The notes under the pieces were generated by a model, which did not search any database, was not told the DNA's origin, and saw only the letters and a list, made by a program, of their open reading frames with translations. Positions 59,131-64,000 of a DNA stretch of 64,000 nucleotides are shown here, in pieces. How positions within the stretch are numbered: position 1 is the stretch's first letter; every line of letters starts with the position of its first letter. The translations under genes and the position numbers were made by a program. Source of the DNA: Eledone cirrhosa (taxonomy: Eukaryota); contig OZ024741.1 of assembly GCA_964016885.1 (NCBI GenBank), forward strand, positions 234,236,001 to 234,300,000, given 5' to 3'.

Positions 59131-62100
59131 GACCGGACGTGCGATAGATCGTCGGTAAGTTTTGGTAAAACTTTCTATACAAAAACAGAATTTATTGTGT
59201 GAAAATTTATATTGTTTGATAGATTAACAACAGGCTGAATTGTCAGCTGAGTGGTAATCTCAGTTTTCGCCCCACAGGAGCGGAAACTTTATTTGAAAAA
59301 TTTTCAAAAAATTGAATATTTTTGCTATCGATAATGGCTAGCTTAGTAGAAGCAACGCTACCGAACACTGACGAAGAAAATAGAGAAAGAGAGAAAAGCA
59401 GAGAGTAACGTTACCGCAACTTCTGCCTACATAGGCAAATAGTGACAACAAAGTTTTGTTTTACCAAGAAGCCGAAAAATGCAACTTACAAGATGGACCA
59501 CACAGCTTACAACAGACATCAAAAACCACAAAAAAAAAATGAAACAATAGACACAACTACAAACGGAAAAACCGACAACCACAACAACAACAACAACAAC
59601 AACAAAAATAACTTTTACAGAAACAGTCACAAATAATAATAACGTTACCTCTAACTCCGCATGTATTGGCGTCACCATGGAAGCCAATATGGACAACAAA
59701 AATAAAAACAAGATCGAACCACACAGTGTACAACAGACATCAAAAACAACAGAGAAAACAACAGAAAATATAACCATTGACACAACTACAAACGGAAAAA
59801 CCGACAATAACAACAACACCAAAAAAAAAAAAAACATTTGCGCAAACAGTCATCAAGAAATAAGAGTTCAAGGATCTCGATATCTCCAATGCGAAACAGA
59901 TGCTCTCTGAAGCAAAGGAGTTTATCACTTTCGGTGAAAACGGTGGATTTCAAATAAACTCACCCCCAGAAATTCGTCTGGAAGCATTTCGAAGGACAAT
60001 TACCTTCAGAACTGTTTCAAATGAAACAAAACGACCAACATTCCTCAGTCAAGGGGAAATTGAGGCAACCTTGAAGGCGATATTGCCAAACATTGACTTT
60101 ATGCAGAGGTACTCCTCAAAAGCGAGGCCTTGCACAAAGATACTCAGTAACGCCAATACTGTAAAAAAAAAGACACCTTTTTCCCTACATACCTGGGGAA
60201 AAGGACACACAAAATCAGAATTACAAACATACCACCAAATATTAATTAATATTTGGTGGATATTGGCAGGATTTTTAGAGGAGAGAAAAGACACCATTCT
60301 CTCCATCAAAAAGTCAACCAGACACACGGGGTCTGGTACAAATTTGGAGATTCTGGTGCAAATGAGCCCGGAAAGAATCTCCAAAATACCAGAAAAAGTG
60401 CTGGTGGACAACAGCCACATAAGCATTTCGGTTGAGGGACGAAAACCACATTGCTTTCATTGCAATAGCACCACACATCTAAAGGCTTCCTGCCCTTTAC
60501 AAACACGCTCAACCAAAACAATCCACCACCACCACAACAACAACACACGAAACAAGCAAACACCAAAACAAACAGCCACTCAATCAACAACAACAGAAAA
60601 AACAGACAACACCCCTGAAGAACACAACCCCACCCCATCCCACTCCATTAAACACTACCACAAACACACACACCGAAACACCACCACCACACAACATACC
60701 CCTTCCCCACACTCCTGACGATGATTATTCACCAACAGATGAGGCTGCTTCTCCTTCTTTAAGTGAAGAAGAAGGAGAGCCTCGGAAATCCAAAAAACAA
60801 AAAAAGAGACACCACAAAACCCCCAAAACTCCAATCACCAACACCAACACCAACACACAACCACAGACACAAACAACAACACAAACAACACCACAGGCAA
60901 ACACCCCCCTACCAGCAAAACCAACACCAACACCACCCCAAACACAAGCACCCACCATAAAAAGAAAACTCCCGAACGAACAAACAATAATAACACAACA
61001 AAAACACAAACAACAAGAGTTGAGACGGAGGGCAAAACTTTCGTTAAAGCAGAATCGTCTCCACACCTTAAACTTATAAGGGTTTCTATGGAGACCTATA
61101 GTGACCTGAAGAATAAATTTTCGCAGGACGTGGGCAACCCCTGCCAGAAACCCATCAACCGCGTCCTGTTAAAATGTTTCCCCACCTCACCCAACACCCC
61201 CTCCAGCACCCAAATGGCGATTGAACAACCCGATATCCAGGAAACGAAAAGGTAAGTGCACCTTTTCGTCCTTTTTCGCCAACTCTTCTCCACCAACATG
61301 GCTAGTTTACGAGTTGGAAGCGTGAATGTGCGTGGCCTAGGGATGCCCTGGAAACTTTTAAACGATCTTAGGTCACACGGTATGGATGTGATAGCCATCA
61401 GCGAGTCCAGGATCCACAACAGGAAGCAACTAACCCCCATCTTCAATGACATTGAGATCTACGCATCTCTGTCAGCCAGGAGGTGGAGGGGGAGTGGCTG
61501 TCACGTTTCGGAAAAACCTGGACGTCGAAGTACAGCAAGTACACTTGGACCCGGAGGGTAGACTGGTAGTCCTAGACGTGAACAGTATTGGAGGTGGAGC
61601 CTTCAGACTGGTGGCCGTTTATGCCCTGACCGGGCAATCGAAATCGCGGCCAGACTTCTTTAAGCGTCTAGAGTCTTTTCTGGGAACGTCTCGCTCCTTA
61701 CTTTTAGTGGGGGACTGGAATGGTATCCTAGATGCACGATGGGACTATGTGGGAGTATGTCCCAGTAGAGGGGGTGCAACAGCCTCAAAAATCTACTCGG
61801 CCAATTCCGACTGGCCGATAGATATCGACTAGATTTCCCGACTGTACCACAGTGGACGTGGGCAAACCGCAGCGGGACATCTAGATCGTATTTAGATAGG
61901 TTTTTCATTAGAGAAAAGGACAAGATGTTAAGCTGTCCACAAATGCACACGGTTGCCTATTCAGACCACAAACTAGTTATCTGCATAGTCAACTGTGATA
62001 GAATACATAGACAAGGACCCGGAAACTGGAAGCTGAACGTATCGCTACCGACACGTAAACCCTACAGTGAACGGATAAGTAGATTAGTTAAGCAACAATT

Positions 62101-63123
62101 GACGGGAGCCATCAACAACAGATGGTGGTACTGCCTCAAGAAAGCAATTAGAGTAGAGTCTATAGACTTTAGCAGAGAGTTAGCCTTAGAGAGAAACAAA
62201 ACAGAAACGGAACTAGTAGCCAAGGTAGAGGAGGCGCTTAGGAGTGGCAACGTAGCTAGAGTGCTAGCAACGAGAACGGCACTGGACCAGTTCTTCGACG
62301 CGAAACACGAAGGCTGCGTGGTCAGAAATAAATCACGTGCTCTAGGAAACGAGGGGGCGAAAGCAGTTAGCTGGGCCCGAGTGGCAGAGGCGAAAAGTGG
62401 CAACAAGTCCACGATTCGGTCTTTGAAAGACCAAAACGGACGCATGCTACTTGACCCCAAGCGGATGTGCGCCGCCTTTCAGCAGAACTTTACGTAACTG
62501 TTCGGGCAGAATGGCGGTGCGTCGTATACCTCGACGGCGTGCCGCGTCTCTCGAGCATGGACGCCGAGTCCTGCGAAAGACCGATCACAGCCACTGAGAT
62601 ACGGGACGCTCTGGGCCGCTGCGGGAAACACAAATCACTCGGTCTGGATGGTCTACCCTATGAATTTTACGTAGGCATGCCGGACTTGTTCTCTGGCGTC
62701 CTCGAGGCAGTCTATTGCAACTGTCAGCAGAACGGGAGAATTCCTAGTTCTGCAGGCAGGGGCGTAGTAACGCTGATCAGGAAAGACGAGAACAAGAGAG
62801 ACGAACTAAGCAACTTTAGGCCCATAACTCTGCTCAACACAGAGTTAAAGATTTTGGCCAAGGTGTTGGCAACGAGGTTGGCGCTTGTTGTCGAGAACCT
62901 GGTAGGGAAAGTGCAATGTGAAATCCCGACCAGGTCCATACACGACAACCTCTACCTCATGCGATACATCATAGAGAGGGCGGGGTGTAAACCCGGCTTT
63001 GGTGGGGCTCTGATCAATTTAGATCAGTCTAAGGCGTTCGATAGGGTCGACCATCGATACTTGGAAGTGGTTCTCAAGGCGGCCGGTTTCGGACCCGTCT
63101 TCAGAAGCTGGATCGCCGCAATG
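59131..63123 (+). mobile_element. Tx1/L1-clade LINE with frameshifted ORF1 and ORF2, 3'-interrupted
   Basis: ORF1 zinc knuckle CFHCNSTTHLKASC. ORF2 MASLRVGSVNVRGL, LVGDWNG, SYLDRFF, YSDHKLV, GLDGLPYEFY, NFRPITLLNTELKILAK, LDQSKAFDRVDH. Confidence 0.9.
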
Positions 63124-63948
63124 CAGACCAACATCTGCTCGATGGATGCTGCCCAAATAGGTGAAGTGATCGACTTCCTCGAGATCCTGTTGGTTGACTC
63201 TGATCACTGGACCTGTGTTGCTGGCCGTTCTCATGACCTTGGTCTTTTTGGTTTTGATTCTCAGGCCGATCTTTTCCGCACTCTCTTGTAGGGATGTTGT
63301 TAGGGCCTGCAGATCTGCACTGTTTTCAGCGATCAAAGCGATGTCGTCGGTGAATGCCAGATCCCTCAGCCTCGACTGCCCTCTCCATGGGATTCCTCGA
63401 TCGGGTTCTTCATCCATTCGCCTTAGTACGAAATCGGCTTCCAGCAGGAACAACAGTGGAGAGAATGCAACCCTGTCTGACTCCGGAGACAATATCAAGA
63501 ACTCCGTCACACCGAACTCAGTCCGCACGCAACAGCTGGAGTTTTCATACAGAGCCTTTAAAATGGCGATGAATCTTGCAGGAATGCCATACAGCTGCGC
63601 AACATTCCACAGCGTGTACACTGTCGAATGCCTTCTGGAAATCAATAAAATTGACCGCCAAAGGCTGTTGTAGCTCAACGCATTGTTCGAGAATGTTGCG
63701 TAGTGTAAAGATCTGTTCCGTGCAAGATCGATTTTTTCGGAAGCCGGCTTGTTCCTTCTGGAGCACAGAGTCGACAGCCTGCCGGGGTCGACGCAGCAGC
63801 TGATTGCAGAACGCCTTGCCTGGGACTGACAGCAATGTGATACCACGCCAGTTGTTGCAGTCTGCCAGGTTTCCCTTCTTCGGCAGTTTGACGATGACAC
63901 CGCGCTGCCACTCAAGGGGAACCCGACCAACCCTCCTGATGATGTCGA

Positions 63949-63950
<2 letters not shown>
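63124..63950 (-). mobile_element. RTE LINE RT fragment inserted antisense into the Tx1 element
   Basis: VIVKLPKKGNLADCNNWRGITLLSVPGK, EQAGFRKNRSC, FIDFQKAFDSV, LAFTDD, FTYLGS. Confidence 0.9.
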
Positions 63951-63984
<34 letters not shown>

Positions 63985-64000
63985 ATATATATATATATAT

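Noticed and set aside
63019-63930. 303-aa ORF overlapping Tx1 ORF2 in antisense
   Set aside because: Chimeric read-through of a frameshifted RTE fragment into the antisense of Tx1; not a gene.

Overview
AT-rich, microsatellite-saturated animal intergenic or intronic DNA. The SINE/LINE repertoire and (TA)n/(CA)n density suggest a cephalopod such as Octopus (inference). No host protein-coding gene is recognisable, and almost all listed ORFs are microsatellite translations (YIYI, HTHT). The window is a stack of decayed transposons: RTE, R4/Dong, Tx1-like and CR1-like LINEs, three Penelope-like (GIY-YIG) elements, a mariner, a Tigger/pogo remnant, Helitrons, MITEs, tRNA-type SINEs and a 9.6 kb hAT-type composite with an 8-bp TSD. 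The main hidden signal comes from folding by eye. The short unique-looking islands between (TA)n tracts repeatedly contain type I hammerhead ribozymes: 13 full-length motifs from about 10 apparently different families, 6 of them with an intact or compensated core, plus about 10 half-ribozymes caught in fold-back palindromes or truncated copies. Most have palindromic (dimer-type) stem III, several have large branched stem II inserts, one has a compensated U3-A8 core, and one lies in a 490-bp tandem retrozyme-like unit with a conserved octamer motif. Together they suggest a TA-microsatellite-targeting population of Penelope-mobilised ribozyme mini-elements. Coordinates were counted by hand and may be off by a few bases. 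No ribozyme activity has been tested.
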